From NCBI RefSeq assembly GCF_009914755.1, contig NC_060930.1: 64,000 nucleotides of DNA; one strand, written 5' to 3'. The stretch's first letter is position 1; each line of letters starts with the position of its first letter. Both the position numbers and the translations under genes were made by a program. The notes under the pieces are model-generated. The model worked only from the letters and a program-made list of their open reading frames with translations. It was not told the DNA's origin and did no database searches. The stretch is from the human T2T-CHM13v2.0 reference genome, Homo sapiens. Positions 14,094-31,695 of the stretch are shown in pieces.

Positions 14094-14362
14094 CCTGGGG
14101 GTGGTGGCCCATGCCTGCAATCCAAGCACTCTGGAAGGCCAAAGCAGGAGGATTGCTTGAGCCCAGGAGTTCAACACCAGCCTGGGCAACATGGCAAAAC
14201 CCCATCTCTATTTAAAAAAAAATACATAAAATTAGCCAGATACGGTGGAGGCTGAGGCAGGAGGATCACTTCAGCCTGGGAGGTTGAGACTGCAATGACC
14301 CTGGTCACACCACTGCCCTCGAGCCTGGGAGATAGAGTAAGACCTGTCAAAAAAAAAAAAAG
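14094..14362 (+). mobile_element. Alu (AluJ-like) inside L1MA
   Basis: ggattgcttgagcccaggagttc AluJ-type left arm, partly deleted right arm, A-tail. Confidence 0.85.
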
Positions 14363-16140
14363 AGGCAAAATATCTGAATAGACATTTCTCAAAAGAAGAC
14401 ATACAAGTGACAAACGGGGATATGAAAAGGTGCTCAACATCGTTGATCATCAGAGAAACACAAATTAAAACTACAATGAGATAACATATCACCCTAGTTA
14501 AAATGGCTTTTATCCAAAAGACAGACAATAACAAATGCTGGCGAGGAAGTGGAGGAAAGTGGGAGTGTAAATTAGTACAACTACTATGCAGAACAGGTTA
14601 GAGGTTCCTCAAAAAACTAAAAATAGAGCTACCATATGAACCAGCAACTTCACTGCTAGGTATATACCCAAAAGGAAGGAAGTTAGTATATTGAAGAGAT
14701 ATCTGCACTCCTGTGTTTATAGCAGCACTATTTACAATAACCAAGATTTAGAAGCAACCTAAGTGTCCATCCACAGACGAATGGATAAAGCAAATGTGGT
14801 ACATATACTCAGTGGAGGACTATCCAGCCATAAAAAAAGAATGAGATCCTGTCATCCGTAACAACATGGGTGGAACTGGAGATCACTATGTTATGTGAAA
14901 CAAGCCAGGCACAGAAAGACAAACATCGTATGTCCTCACTTATTTGTGAAAGCTAAAAATTAAAACAATTGAACTCGTGGAGATAGAGAGTAGAAGGATG
15001 GTTAACAGAAGATGAGAAGGGTGATGAGGGTAGTGGGGGAAGTAGAGATGGTTAATGGGTACAAAAAAAATAGAAAGAATGAAAAAGACCTAGTATTTGC
15101 TAGGACAACAGGGTGACTACAGTAAAAAAATCACTTAATTGTACATTTTTAAATAACTAAACAAGTATAACTGGATTGTTTGTAACACAAAGGATAAATG
15201 TTGAGGTCATGGATACCCTGTTTACCCTGATGTGATGATTACACATTACATGCCCGTATCAAAATATCTTATGTAACCCATTAATATATATACCTACTCT
15301 ATATCCACAAAAATTAATAATTAAAATATACAGATATATTTTTACATCAGAGCAGTCATAGACCACTAGCTGGCATCAAGCCACTCCTGGGCCAGGCCAG
15401 TTTTAGATGGCCTTGTTGGATTTCCAGAACACCAGGTGAGTCAGTTACACAAGCTTGCTCTGGTCATTTTGCATGTTTGATTATTTTAGAGCCATTCATC
15501 ACATAATGAGGTTTTGCTGCATTACTTTCTTTCCTCATTTTTAAAAATTCACATTCATTAATTGTTTAAATAGATGATTCATTCACTTCATTCAGATCCC
15601 CATTGAAATAATGGATCTAGGCAATGTTTGGCAATTTCTGCTAACATCACATTTTCTGTCTCTTGCTAGAACACTGTATATGAAGTCTTCTTGTCAAAAT
15701 ATCAAAACTATATCTTCTCAAGCCTCCATATCTAACCTTCTACTTACAGATAAACTGGGGATAGTGGAACCTGCAAAATGACACCATGGAAGCAATCAGC
15801 AAAAGCCAGAGTATTGGCAAGTTTACAAGACGGTCTGGTGTCTTAAAAAATAAATTTCAAGGGGGAAAACAAAAAAAAAAAAAAAGAAAGAAAGGGAAAG
15901 TTATAGATGATTAAAAGAGATTTAGTAATCAAACACCATCAAATCATGATATGAACAAACCACTGTCAGAGAATGAGGGATTTTGCAACTGACTGTTTTA
16001 TATTTTAAGTTATTGTTAAAATATTAAAATACAATAATCACATTTTTATTTGTAGTTTTTAAAGTTCTCATATTTTAAAGATAAATACTAATATTTGTGT
16101 GTTAAATTATATGATGTCTGGAATTTGCTTCAAAATAATC

Positions 16141-19801
<3,661 letters not shown>

Positions 19802-22800
19802 AAAAACAATCCAGTAGGTGTTAGGAGTATAGATAAGACAAGATTGGCCGTGAGTTAATAAGTGTTGAAGATGGATCACGGGCATAGGGGATTCACTGGA
19901 CTACTCTATTTTTTCTATGTTAAAACATTTCCATAACAAACATTTAAAAAGAAATGACAATGTTTTCATTCTATACCCCTGAATGCCTCATTTCTAGTTC
20001 TCCCTAGGTAATAGCTATTTGTAGTTTCTTATGCATCTTTCCGGAGTTTTTATGTGATATATTCTTTTTATAATTAGAAACATTAAAATATATACTATTT
20101 TTAAAAAACAGATTTCTTGGGAAATACATAACTTTCAACCTAGCAGTTGACAGTTATTTGAGTTCATTCTACAAGACTAATGCTCATTTCCTTTCAGACT
20201 TCCATGGACACAACAGCAGATCATCGGGACCAGTGTAAGTGCTTGAAAATAATCACAAATAATGACAGCAGACTCATTCCTGGTGACTTGTTTCCACAGG
20301 AATGAGAATAAATCAGTGGCAGAAAACTCTTAAATTTCAGCCTGAGGGTCATAGGAGGCCATTCCATTTTCAAAGGGTTGTGGCTATTTATAGCTTTTAT
20401 GTTTGGAGGGGATGAAAAAATATCAAACATAAATTTATTTCATTGAAGAACATTACCTAATCCTAAGTATGAAAACCAAGCCATTACTCAGGGAGATCTG
20501 ACAAGCATTCTGCCTATACATGTGGCCATGGCAGTGGGTGGCTGCTAAACCCCATCGTTTTTAGCACAGCTGTGATTGTTCTGAAATTCTGCCATTCCAT
20601 AGTATTTTTGAGTGAAAGGTAGATTTACATGGGTTTTAAAGAATGCTGGTTTACAACTTTGAGTCATACTGAGAGGGCTTTCTGTGGGATAATTGAAATG
20701 CAATGCATTGAAAAGCTGAAAATTGGGATGAACTCAAATTAATATTTGATGAGAAGCAATACATAAAGAGTTTGAGGAAGGATTGCAGTCTCAAAAACTC
20801 AAACGAAAATAAGTTTAGGGAGAAGTTATTTAAGGATATTTTAAATAATTTAAATAATTATAGTCAATCCAAATGCTGTTGGTACATCTGTCTTTTTATT
20901 GTTTAGTAATACTAGATTGTGGTTGCAGAACAATACGTGTTCTCTTCTTTATGCACATCCAGCAGCATGAATCTTGGCAATATATCATCTGGGAAAATTG
21001 TTTTTTGGGTGATGAATTGCCAGGTTAAGGGTATTATATTCCTGCTATCATGCCTTCATTATCAGAGCATTTAAAAAATATATTTCTATATGATACAGGA
21101 GTATTTTTGTGATAAGAATTAATATAACACCTTAACAAGCAGTTTAAGAAAGTCAACATGATAATTTTAGATTTATACTCAACAATGTTATATAAGCAAT
21201 GTAAATAATAACATTAATAGCAATATTTTTAAAGCTGTGTAAATAATACCTACTTATAAAAGTGAAACACAAGCAAAAGAATAATACAAAGGCATTTTTA
21301 GCAACAAATTCATCAAAATAGACAAGGATAAAGAAATTTCATGTGTAGCACCAGAGGACAGCATAATTAATTTCACTTTTTTTGGTTTGGAAAATCCATG
21401 TGTGTGTGTGTGCATGTGTGTGTCAGAGGGTACAAAGGCAGAGATACTAACGTGTATGCAAAGAAACCATAAACTCATAGTTTTTTTGCTCTGGTTTAAA
21501 GCAGTAAGTAATTACTCAAGCTATGCAATGAATTTTTATGTAGGTAAAATTCAGGACTTCTTTGAGATGTGAGACATTTAAAACTAATTAATAGTTATTA
21601 ATATTGGAAAATTCCCAGGCTTTAAAAAAGTATTTTTTTTAATAGAAGCATGTGGTAAAGACAGAGTGTTAGAGAAGGGCTCACCATTTTCTCTGTTAAG
21701 TGAAATACAAGACAAAGCAATGAAAAAGGACCACTTACAACTACCATGAAGCCAGCTAACAAAAAGGACAACTACCAGCCAACACGTCCCGATCAAAGGA
21801 CTCGAAGAGCATAAACAATGGGGCGGGCATGGGGATGAAGAACGGTGGATGTTTGTAACATGGAAAAAAACTCTTGGCAGTGTTGCTTAGATTATTGTGT
21901 TGTTTCTTTATATTTTTCCTTTCAATTCCACATTTCTCATTTAGAAAACACTACGCAAATATATACAAAGGCAATACTATATTTCACCTTTTGTTTACTT
22001 GCCCTGAGACTTATTTATAATGTAATATTTTCACAACTACTAGCCAAATGGAGTTCAAGCTTTTAAAAGTATAAAAATTCAAAATGTACTTACTAATTTT
22101 TAAGCTTTTGTTGTGTATATTTACATGTCCACACATGTATGTTTAGACTATTGTTTTTGAGTATTATTCTGATAATCTTTCATACTTGTAAATTTGTTAA
22201 CTAAAATTGATTTGGGGGAGAATTTGAGTTACCTTCTAATAGTAAATACTCATTTTAGTCCTTGCAGTGTACAAAAGAAAAAAAAAACCTGAAAACCTTG
22301 GGTATCGATTGCCATGTACGTTCTAGCATGCACTGTCTATATAAACCTTTACAACCCTCCTTTCCCACAGATATAATGCCCCCATCCATAAAAGACCTGG
22401 CACCATGCTAGCCTGTTACAGGCGCTTGACAAATATTTGATGATCTGTTGAAGAAATTGAGGCTGAAGAGCTATATAATTCATCCAAAGTCATCTGCTTT
22501 GTGTGTGACAGATCTTGGATTCAAAACTCAGGCTTCTGATTCCAAACCCTTTCCCCTCTCTGGAGTTCCTTCTTTTAGATTCAAAATATGTGCCAAGTAT
22601 TGCACTTGAGTCCACTTAAAGATAAGAGAGTTACCTGAGGAATTGTTTATGAAGATACTGTATCAGAAAAGAAGCAACTTTTTAATACAGGACTTTGAAT
22701 ATATCTCTGGCTTTAGAATTCAGGAATCATAACTCCCCAGCCCAGGAAAAAAAAAAAGCAGAAAAAAAACAAACCCTACCAACCAGGTTATAAGATCTGT

Positions 22801-23104
22801 GCCCTTTATGTGAAAATTGTTCAGTGGCATATTATAGGCATATGTCTTCAAGTGTACTTGGGAATCAGAAGATGGACTATAATAATGGGAAATGGGTTGC
22901 AGTCCTTCTCCAGATCATAAAATGCAATCGTTTATGCCAGGATGACATATGGGGCTGGCGGCCTTCCTGCAGTGAACTAAATTCAGAGGAATATTTCAGG
23001 GTCTTCTTCCCAGGGAGAGCACTGAGTAGTTGGGCATTCATCCACTTCTTATTTTTCAATCAATAAATATTTGTCAAGTGCATTTTAAGTACATGTAATT
23101 ATAT

Positions 23105-23250
23105 TTTAATTAACATTTCCTCGTCTGCAAAGTGAGGACAAAAATAGAACCTATCCTATAGAGCTGTAAGGATTAAATGTGAGTGTGTGCAGAGTGCTTA
23201 GAACAATACCTGGCATTCAGTAACTGCTCAATAAATGTTAGCTGTAATGA
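23105..23250 (+). mobile_element. MIR SINE fragment
   Basis: tttcctcgtctgcaaagtgagg...taaggattaaatg...gtgcttagaacaatacctggca...ctcaataaatgttagct. Confidence 0.75.
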
Positions 23251-23254
23251 TCAG

Positions 23255-24350
23255 GTTTTTATAATGTACCAGACACTGCATTAGGTGCTGGAAATTCAAT
23301 GACGAGTTTGATATTAATCCTTTTCTCGGGCAATTCACAGTTCAATGAAGGGAGGCATACTTGTAAACTGATGACACATAGATAAGACAGTAGATGGTAG
23401 TGTAGGATGCCCAAAGGAGGGAGTAGCCAAGTGAATTTGGGGGTCAAGAAAAGTTTCATGCAGGAGGTGAAAATCTGAGTCTTCATGGATAAGGAACTTT
23501 ATCTTGTCAGCAATGAAAAACCATTGATGCGCTTTCAACAAAAGGGCATTATAAACAGATGTATGCTTTAGAAAACTCATGGGTGAAAGTATGAAAGATA
23601 GATGGAGCGGACAGGGAAAAGATATGAGTGGGGGCAGGGAGAGTAGTCAGGCTATGCTTGAAACAGACCAGGCAAGAAATGAAAATGGCTTGAACTGTGA
23701 GCAGTAATGAATGGGCATAGAGGGAACCACAGATTCAACAGCTTTCAAGAGAGTCGGATGGAGAAGACATTGGGATCATTGGGTAGGGTAGAAGTGAAAA
23801 CGAAGGTTGGATACCATTATTCCTGACTTAAGTGCTTTTGAAGTGTGTTCAGCAATGTGGGGAGTGAAGGAGGAGGAGGAGCAAATGTGGAAAGATAGAT
23901 AATGAATTCTGCTTTGAATATAGTAAATTGAAGATGCTGATAGAACATCCTGGTAAAAATATGCAGTAGGTTTTTAAATGTAAAGGAATGGTGAGGCTAG
24001 AAATAGAGATTTGGAGGTCATCAGCATAGCAATGGACATGGAAACCACCAACAGTGAGTCCTCAGAGAGACTTTGTAAGCAGAGAAGAGTGCTAAGGACC
24101 AAAAGTGATGGCATATATAAGTGATGACAGAGAAAGACAAGCCTGAAAACGAGGCTGAGAAACAGTAACTAAGGAGATAGAAGTTGAACTAAGACAGAGT
24201 GGTGTCACCAAAAGCCAAAGAGAGTCTAGAATCTCAAGAAAGTTGTCAGTATAAAATATCATTAAAAGCACAACAGGAAGCCTGAAAGAAGCCTATTGGA
24301 TTTGAAGACTAAGGGTTTGTTGTTGTTTCAATCTTTGCTAGGACAGTTTC
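23255..24350 (-). mobile_element. L2 LINE fragment
   Basis: Reverse L2 3' end (aatgtaccagacactgcattaggtgctgg) and purine-rich body (gagatttggaggtcatcagcatag). Confidence 0.7.
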
Positions 24351-25034
24351 AGTGGGAGCCAAACTGCATATGTAGGTTTCCTGGCATATGCAGTTATCTG
24401 TGTGTGCTTATGTATGCATGTGTGTGTTCTTGTGTGTTTGTGTGTGTGTGCACATGCATATACAGTATCTATATTTCCTCTTAAGTTTACTACCTTCATA
24501 AGACTGCCTAAATATTTTATATTGCATGTTTCTCTCCCACTCACATTTCTAGGTCTCTCATGTATCTGTGCCTGAATTGATAGTCTGAGCATTCATAGGT
24601 TGAGTTCCAAACTATATGCAGCTTAATTGGCAGTGTTTTTCAATGCTTCCACTGTAATAAACATGGACAAGTAAAAGCACTTCCCCCCGAGGCCTTCTCC
24701 TAAAGACTTCCTAATGACTTTCAGCAAACAGAAAAGAGCCACTCTTTATGATTTCTGTCACATCCACTCACAAAATACCCTGACAAATCCCTGTCTTGAT
24801 AGGAAGATATGCCAGATCTGCAAGTAAGTGTTCCTCAAGTCAGTTCAGTATGAAGCAATGTCCTCCAACTTCTACCACAAGTGAGCTGTTTCAAAACAGT
24901 CTTAAGAAACTCTAAAGAGATAGTTGTTATGTAGTTTTCCCCATGGCAAGAGCAGACCCTCAGCACTGCAGGTCTTTATGCTCCAATTTAATCCATTCAA
25001 ACTCAAACATATGAGCAAAAAATCTATATGTGAA

Positions 25035-25905
25035 TGTTTAACTTTTAATTTGGAAATAATTATAGATTCACTGGAAGTTGCAAAGATCATACAGAAAGTT
25101 TCTATATACCATTCACCGAATTTCCCCTAATGGCTACACCTTATGTAACTATAGTACAACGTCAAAACCAAGAAGTTGATATCAGTAAAATGTGTGTGAA
25201 TAGCTCATGTGATTACCCTGGAACCCCCATGGCAATCAAGGCACAAAACTATTCCATCACCATGAAAATCTCCTCATGTGATCTTTTGTCATTTCAAAAA
25301 TGTTATAGAAATGGAATCATACAGTATGTGATCTTTTGAGAATGACTTTTTTCACTCAGACAATGGCTTGAGATCCATCCAAGTTGTTGCAAGTCTCACT
25401 AATTTGTTCTTGTTTATTGCTGAGTATGGATGTACCAGTTTATATAATCATTTACCCACTGAAGGATATTTGGGTTGTTTTCAGTTTTTTAGCTATTACA
25501 GATAAAGCTACAATGAACATTCATACACAGAATTTTGTGTGGACTTAAGTTTTTATTTCTCTAAGATAAATTCCCAGGAGTGTGATTGCTGGGTTGTATG
25601 GTAAGTGTATATTTAGGTTTTTTGTTTTTTTAAAGAAACTAGTGAACTACTTTTCAGAATGACTAAATACTATGTTACTTTCTAACAGTAGTATATGAGA
25701 GATTCGGTTTTTAACATCCTCAAAAGCATTCAATATTGTCACTAGTTTTTATTTTAGCTTTTCAAATAGGTGTGTAGTGACAATTCATTGAACTTTTAAT
25801 TTGCATTGCTCTGATGTAGTGATGTTAAACATCTTTTATTTGTTTATTTGCCATCTGTGAAATGTCTCTATGTATTTTGTTCATTTTCTCATTGAATTGC
25901 TAGAG

Positions 25906-25940
<35 letters not shown>

Positions 25941-26155
25941 TGTTGAGTTTTGAGTTCTTTATATATTATATACATCAATATAGGATATCTATATGTCCTC
26001 TGTCAGGTATGTGATTTGCAAGTATTTTCTCCAAATATGTAATTTTGTCTCTTCATCCTAATAACAGAATCTTTCACAGAGCATAATTTTCAATTTTGAT
26101 AAAGTCTAATGTACCAATTCTTTATTTTATGTTTTGTTCTTTTGGTGTCATATCA
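25035..26155 (-). mobile_element. Old L1M (L1MB/MC-like) 3' fragment containing (TG)n at ~25908-25936
   Basis: Reverse L1 motifs (ggaatcatacagtatgtg, ttgggttgttttcagttttt, attgctgggttgtatggtaagtg). Confidence 0.75.
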
Positions 26156-26289
26156 TATTTGGATTTTAAGATTGAAAATTCATTTGAATTTCTGGAGGAC
26201 AATTAAATAATCAGTATTGATTCAAAAACTTATCATACCTGAAATGACAGATGTCTGGGATTTGCTTCAAAACAACCCAGTTTGGAGAG

Positions 26290-26714
26290 TGTATTAGGTC
26301 TTGCATTGCTATACAGAAATACCTGAGGCTGGGTAATTCAAGAAGAAAAGAGGGTGTATTGGCTCATGGTTCTGCAGGCTCTACAGGAAGCGTAGGGACA
26401 TCTGCTTCTGGGGAGGCCTCAGGAAGCTTCTAATCATGGCAGAGGGCAAAGGGGGAGCGAGCACTTCACATGGTGAAAGCAGGAGCAAGAGGGGGGCAGG
26501 TGCCACAGGGGGCAGATGCCACATACTTTTAAACAGCCAGATCTCATGAGAAGTCACTCACTATTGCAAGGACAGCATCAAGGGGATGGTGCTAAACCAT
26601 TCATGAGAAATCCACCCCCATGATCCAATCACCTCCCACCAGGCCCCACCTCCAATACTGGGGATTACAATTCAACCTGAGATTTGGGTAGAGACACATA
26701 TCCAGACCATATCA
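26290..26714 (-). mobile_element. MaLR solo LTR (MSTA-like), inserted in an old L1M 3' end
   Basis: tgtattaggtcttgcattgctata...ccatgatccaatcacctcccaccaggccccacctccaa...ccatatca; 5 bp TSD gagag/gaggg. Confidence 0.88.
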
Positions 26715-27592
26715 GAGGGTAAAGTGAGGAAGAAGTAGGTGGAGACAGATATGAACAAGAATGGCCATCAATTGATCATTGTTGGGGCTGGGAGGATAGA
26801 TACATTCAGCGCATTATATTATTCTTTCCACTTTTGCATACATCTGAAATTTTCATAATAAAACGTTAAAAAAATAAAACCAGCACATATCCTTTGACTG
26901 AATAATTCAGTTTGGGAAACTTTACCCTAAGGAAAATATTGAAATATTGGAAGAAGAAGGCTATTTGTAGAGAGAGATGTTTATAGCAACATTATTTGTG
27001 AAAGTGGGAGGACAAATCAAAAACAATACAAATAGCTAACGATTAGGGAATGGTTATATATCTATGGTATATCATCTCCAGAGACCATTATGGAGCCATT
27101 AAAGTGATAAATGTGAAGGCTGAAGATATAAAAAAAGTTTTTTTTTAACAAAATAATGTTAGAAAAAACAAAACACAATCCTTCAACTGTAATTTAGCCA
27201 GCTATGGTACTAGAATAGTGTGATTTTATATTTCTGCAACAAAATTTTAGTTCATTGCCCTTAAACAGTTTAATGATCATTTTTGTTGTCATAAATGAAA
27301 TAATATGGCACCAAGAATCATACCCTCCTAGAAAACACTGGCAGATCTAGGCAGTACGACAGGCAAAGGAGTCTCTTGTTCCACCACCTCAGTATGAGGA
27401 TAGATGGTAGCACCTCACCCCACCCCAATATACACCCATAAGTGTATTGACGATGTGTTAAAATTCCTGACAGTTACATACAGTATTTTACCAAGACTTA
27501 TAAAAATTAAACAAAGGGGGATGTAAGTGCAAAAGACATTAAATGTTAAGCCAATTAATGGCTAATTTAGAAAAAGTTACTAAAGAGATATA

Positions 27593-28927
27593 TGAGGGGA
27601 CTTTTAAAAGTTTGTGGAAATTGAATTCAAAGATAGAAATTAAAAACAAATACTTTATTTTTCAACATAAGCACCATCGAGTTCAAGACAATTTTGTAAG
27701 TGATGATACCAGCCATTTAGTTCATCCCTAAAGAACTGAGCATCCTGGGAATTTAACCATGTCAATGTAGTTTTGTTTTGTTTTTGTTTTTGCCTTATTA
27801 CCTGAAGGGTGTCCTTTACAGATTTTTTAAGATTAGGAAACAAAAAGAAGTCAGCGGGGGCCAAATTAGGAGGCCAAATCAAGGTGAATACCTAATGATT
27901 TCTCACTGAAACTCTAGAAAATCACCTTTATTTGATGAGAAGAATGAGCAGGGGCATTATCATGGTGAAGGACTCTGTAGTGGTGCTTTCTCAGGTGTTT
28001 TTCTGCTAAAGATTTGGCTTTCTCAAAACAGTCTCATAATAAGCACATATTATTGTTCTTTGGCCCTCCAGAAAGTCAGCAAACAAAATGCCTTGAGCAT
28101 CCCAAAACAACTGTTGCCATGGCCTTTGCTCTTGACTGGTCCTTATTTTCCTTGACTGGACCACTCCCACCTCTCAGTAGCCATTGCTTTGATTGTGTTT
28201 TATTTTCAGGGTCATACTGGTAAAGCCATGTTTCATCTCCTGTTACAATTCTTCCAAGAAATGCTTTAAGATATTGATTCCACCTGTCTAAAATTTCCAT
28301 TGAAAGCTCTATTCTTGTCTGCAGCTGCTCTGCTCATAATGGATAACAAACAGTTTTGGCACCCATTGAATGAAAGTTTGCTGGACTTTAATTTTTTAGT
28401 CAGAATTGTGTAAGCTGAACCTATTGAGATGTCTATGGTGTTGGCTATTGTTTGTGCTGTTGATTGTTGCTCCTCTTCAATTAGGGCATAAATAAGATGA
28501 ATTTACTCTCGCAAATGGATGTGGATGGTCTGCTGCTATGGGCTTCATCTTCAATATAATCGAATCCCTTCTTAAAACAAGTTATCCATTTGTAAACTGC
28601 TGATTTCTTTGGGGAATTGTCTCCATAAACTTTTTTGTAAGGCAGCAATGATTTCACCATTCTTCCACCCGAGCATCACCATAAATTTGATGTTTGTTCT
28701 GGCTTCAGTTTTAGCAGAATTCATGTTACTCATGTTACTCTGATAGGGGCTCTTTTCAAACTGATGTCTTATCCTTCTTAGTGCCTCAAACTAGATATCA
28801 AACTAACATGTCCTGTTCAGATATGTTATAACAAATTAGTACAAGCTTATTTTGGCACAAAATTCTTTGAAATCTGTACATAATTTTTTCATAATATGCA
28901 TTTTTCATGAATTTTTGGAGACCCTCA
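27593..28927 (-). mobile_element. HSMAR2 mariner DNA transposon, near full length, decayed transposase
   Basis: Terminal inverted repeats (tgaggggacttttaaaagtttgtggaaa / tttcatgaatttttggagaccctca) flanked by TA. Minus-strand peptides IVTGDETWLYQYDPE and PNLAPADFFLFPNLK match mariner catalytic-domain motifs. Confidence 0.9.
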
Positions 28928-29071
28928 TATTTCACTTGATTTATAACTTGAAGGAAAATCAGCTTTAGTGTATGCAATGTTCACACATGCTTCCTAGATA
29001 AATGTGGTATATGAAAAGAAGGGTCAGATCATGGCTTCTTAAAGGCAACAGGTCTAGTTTGTGTTGGAAAT

Positions 29072-29585
29072 TGAGATGGTTTTAAAATTTATCCACAAAT
29101 TCTTTGATATCCCTATCATCAAAAGATGGAGACTAATTCCCTCAAGTATGGGCTGGACTTAGTTACTCACCTTAACGCATAGATGGGGTGGAAGTGAAGG
29201 TGTGTGACCTCCAAGATTAGGACATAAAGGCGTGTGGCTTGCTGCTCACCCTCCCTCAGATCATTTGTCATAGGCAACACAAATACCATGTCATGAGAAC
29301 ACTCAAGCAGTCCTTAGAAGAAGCTCATGTGAGAAAGAGCTGAGGCCTTCTGCCAACAGCCACGTGATTGAGCTTGAAAGAAACTCCTCCAGCCCCAAAA
29401 GTCTTCAGATATCTGCAGCCTCTGATGATATCTTGATTACAACCCGAGGAAAGACCCTGAGCTGGAATCACCCAGCTAAGCTGCTCCTGAATTCATGACC
29501 CACAGAAACTGTGAGATAATAAATGTCTGTTGTTTCAAAGCATTAAATTTTGGAGTAATTTGTTACACAGCAATAGATAATAAAT
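29072..29585 (+). mobile_element. MLT1-family MaLR solo LTR (MLT1E/F-like)
   Basis: ccacaaattctttga...gggctggacttag...cacccagctaagctgctcctgaattcatgacccacagaaactgtgagataataaatg...gttacacagcaatagataa. Confidence 0.8.
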
Positions 29586-31227
29586 TTCTAGAACACTTCT
29601 AGAAATTTTATTTAATGTGATTTTTAAGAATATATGTTTAGTGACATTTTATTAATATCTCCTAATCCCTGATAGTCTCCTAACAGACTGTGATTTTGCC
29701 AGTAGAAGTCTTATCAACTAGAAACTTTTTCGGAAACATAATTCTACAAAGGCAAAAAGACATCTAAATCTAAAACCTATACACCCATATAATGTGGACT
29801 AGAAAGTATTTGTGATATAAATAATGTTAAGGTGAAAATGATTTGTGAATACTTTTAAGATGTTTAAACATTAACAATGTAAAATATCTTTTATGTTAAT
29901 ATTAGTTCCAAAAGTTTGTCTAAAATGTTTCATTGTTTGAAATTTGTTTTATTTCCAGTTTTACCTTTAATATTTATGCTAAAAAGAAAGAAAGGCAAAA
30001 GAAAGATGAACAGATTCTAGAGCTTGAGAAACATAGGACCCTTTATTTGTGGAAATATTTCTCTTGTGACACACATGTTTGGATTGTTAGGAAAACACCC
30101 TTTCTTTCTTGGCAGACAAAAGTATTATTGTCTAAACGTGTACCAGTGTTACTTTTTTTTTTAAGAAAATAACATAATATGTCATATTCTAGACATGCTT
30201 TAAGAATTCTTTTCAATGCTTTCTGTGACTGTTTCTTTGGTCAAGTTTAGATTCTTTCCCTTCATCAAAGGTTTCAACTAATAGTTACCACCAGAGAAGT
30301 GTTTGGAATCTTGAAAGAAAGGCTACAGATCTCAAAGATCTCAAAGTCTTTGATTTTTTTATACTCATGTATGAACTAGGAGACATATTCTGTAATGACA
30401 TTATAGTATACTCCATAAGAGAGGGTTTATATTTCATCTTAGGAAGCAATCCAGTGAGAAACAGATTCGCTTCCAAATACCACCACAGAACTAATGTAAT
30501 GAAAATCTTTCTACTGAGTATGGGGATATCCATCCATATCAGGCTGAGGGAGAGGAAGACGGGTTTGGAATAATGATCATGCACCATGAAAGGCAGACTT
30601 TAGTTAAGTAAGGCAAAAAAAGCTTTCCTGATGCTGAACAGCCATGAAAATGATACATTCTAATGATAAAACCCAAGCCTGATTAATGCCTGTGGAAACT
30701 TGACTCAATAGAATTGAAATATGATGGACCAAAAAGGGGATAGTACCAGAAAATATTTAAGGTATAAATGTAAGGTGAAAATATCCCTCAGGTACTATAC
30801 CAAAGTAACTTGGGGAAGCAAGAACATTTGCTTTTGATTCCTGGACTTCGAAGAATACAAAGGTAAGAAAGCCATATGTTAATTTGATAGTATGGTAGGA
30901 AATCTCCATGTTGAGTGGCTTTGAGTAATGAAAGAAATTGTGCAGAACTCATGTCTGTGCCCATGAGATGTTTAACATATTCCTAGGTGGCTTCCATGTC
31001 ATAGTAATCATACTAATTAAACTTAAAATAGGTGACCTGTCATTTAAGGCATAGGATTAAGCCTTACAATGTGTAATAATTAGAAGCCAATGCACAGACT
31101 TTCAATAAAAATAATGGAAGCCTTATTGGAAAAATAGACATCAAAATATCAATGTACAATGTGGGATTTCTCAAAGAAAAAAATATAGGATTAATAGTGG
31201 AAAAAAAGGTACCATGATTTATTGTTT

Positions 31228-31695
31228 TTAAGAAAAAATCAGGGAGGATGAGCCAAGATGGCCGAATAGGAAGAGCTCCAGTCTACAGCTTCCAGCGTGA
31301 GCGACGCAGAAGATGGGTGATTTCTGCATTTCCATCTGAGGTACCGGGTTCATCTCACTAGGGAGTGCCAGACAGTGGGCGCAGGACCGTGGGTGCAGCG
31401 CACCGTGCGTCAGCCAAAGCAGGGCGAGGCATTGCCTCACTCGGGAAGCACAAGGGGTCAGGGAGTTCCCTTTCCTGGTCAAGGAAAGGGGTGACAGATG
31501 GCGCCTGGAAAATCTGGTCACTCCCACCCCAAAACTGGGCTTTTCCAACAGGCTTAGGAAACAGCGCACGAGGAGATTATATCCCGCATCTGGCTCAGAG
31601 GGTCCTACGCCCACTGAGTCTCGCTGATTGTTAGCACGGCAGTCTGAGATCAAACTGCAAGGTGGCAGGGAGGCTGGGGGAGGGATGCCCGCCAT
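31228..31695 (-). CDS. L1 antisense ORF0-like reading frame, extended to 155 aa (translation not demonstrated)
   Basis: MAGIPPPASLPPCSLISDC...RDSVGVGPSEP matches the primate L1 ORF0 N-terminus; the frame stays open to a TAA just outside the L1 5' end. Confidence 0.5.
   Translation of the reverse strand: MAGIPPPASLPPCSLISDCRANNQRDSVGVGPSEPDAGYNLLVRCFLSLLEKPSFGVGVTRFSRRHLSPLSLTRKGNSLTPCASRVRQCLALLWLTHGALHPRSCAHCLALPSEMNPVPQMEMQKSPIFCVAHAGSCRLELFLFGHLGSSSLIFS

Larger units (their letters stand above)
12997..15330 (+). mobile_element. 5'-truncated L1MA (L1MA1-3-like) interrupted by two Alus
   Basis: ORF2-like peptides ([13 protein letters not shown]...[21 protein letters not shown]) and L1MA-type 3'UTR (atggataccctgtttaccctgatgtg...). 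Confidence 0.85.

Noticed and set aside
30792-30868. Possible 71 bp exon (cag|...aag|gtaaga); similar isolated donors at ~4371 and ~45503
   Set aside because: Isolated splice-like motifs with weak acceptors and no recognisable coding content or exon chain.
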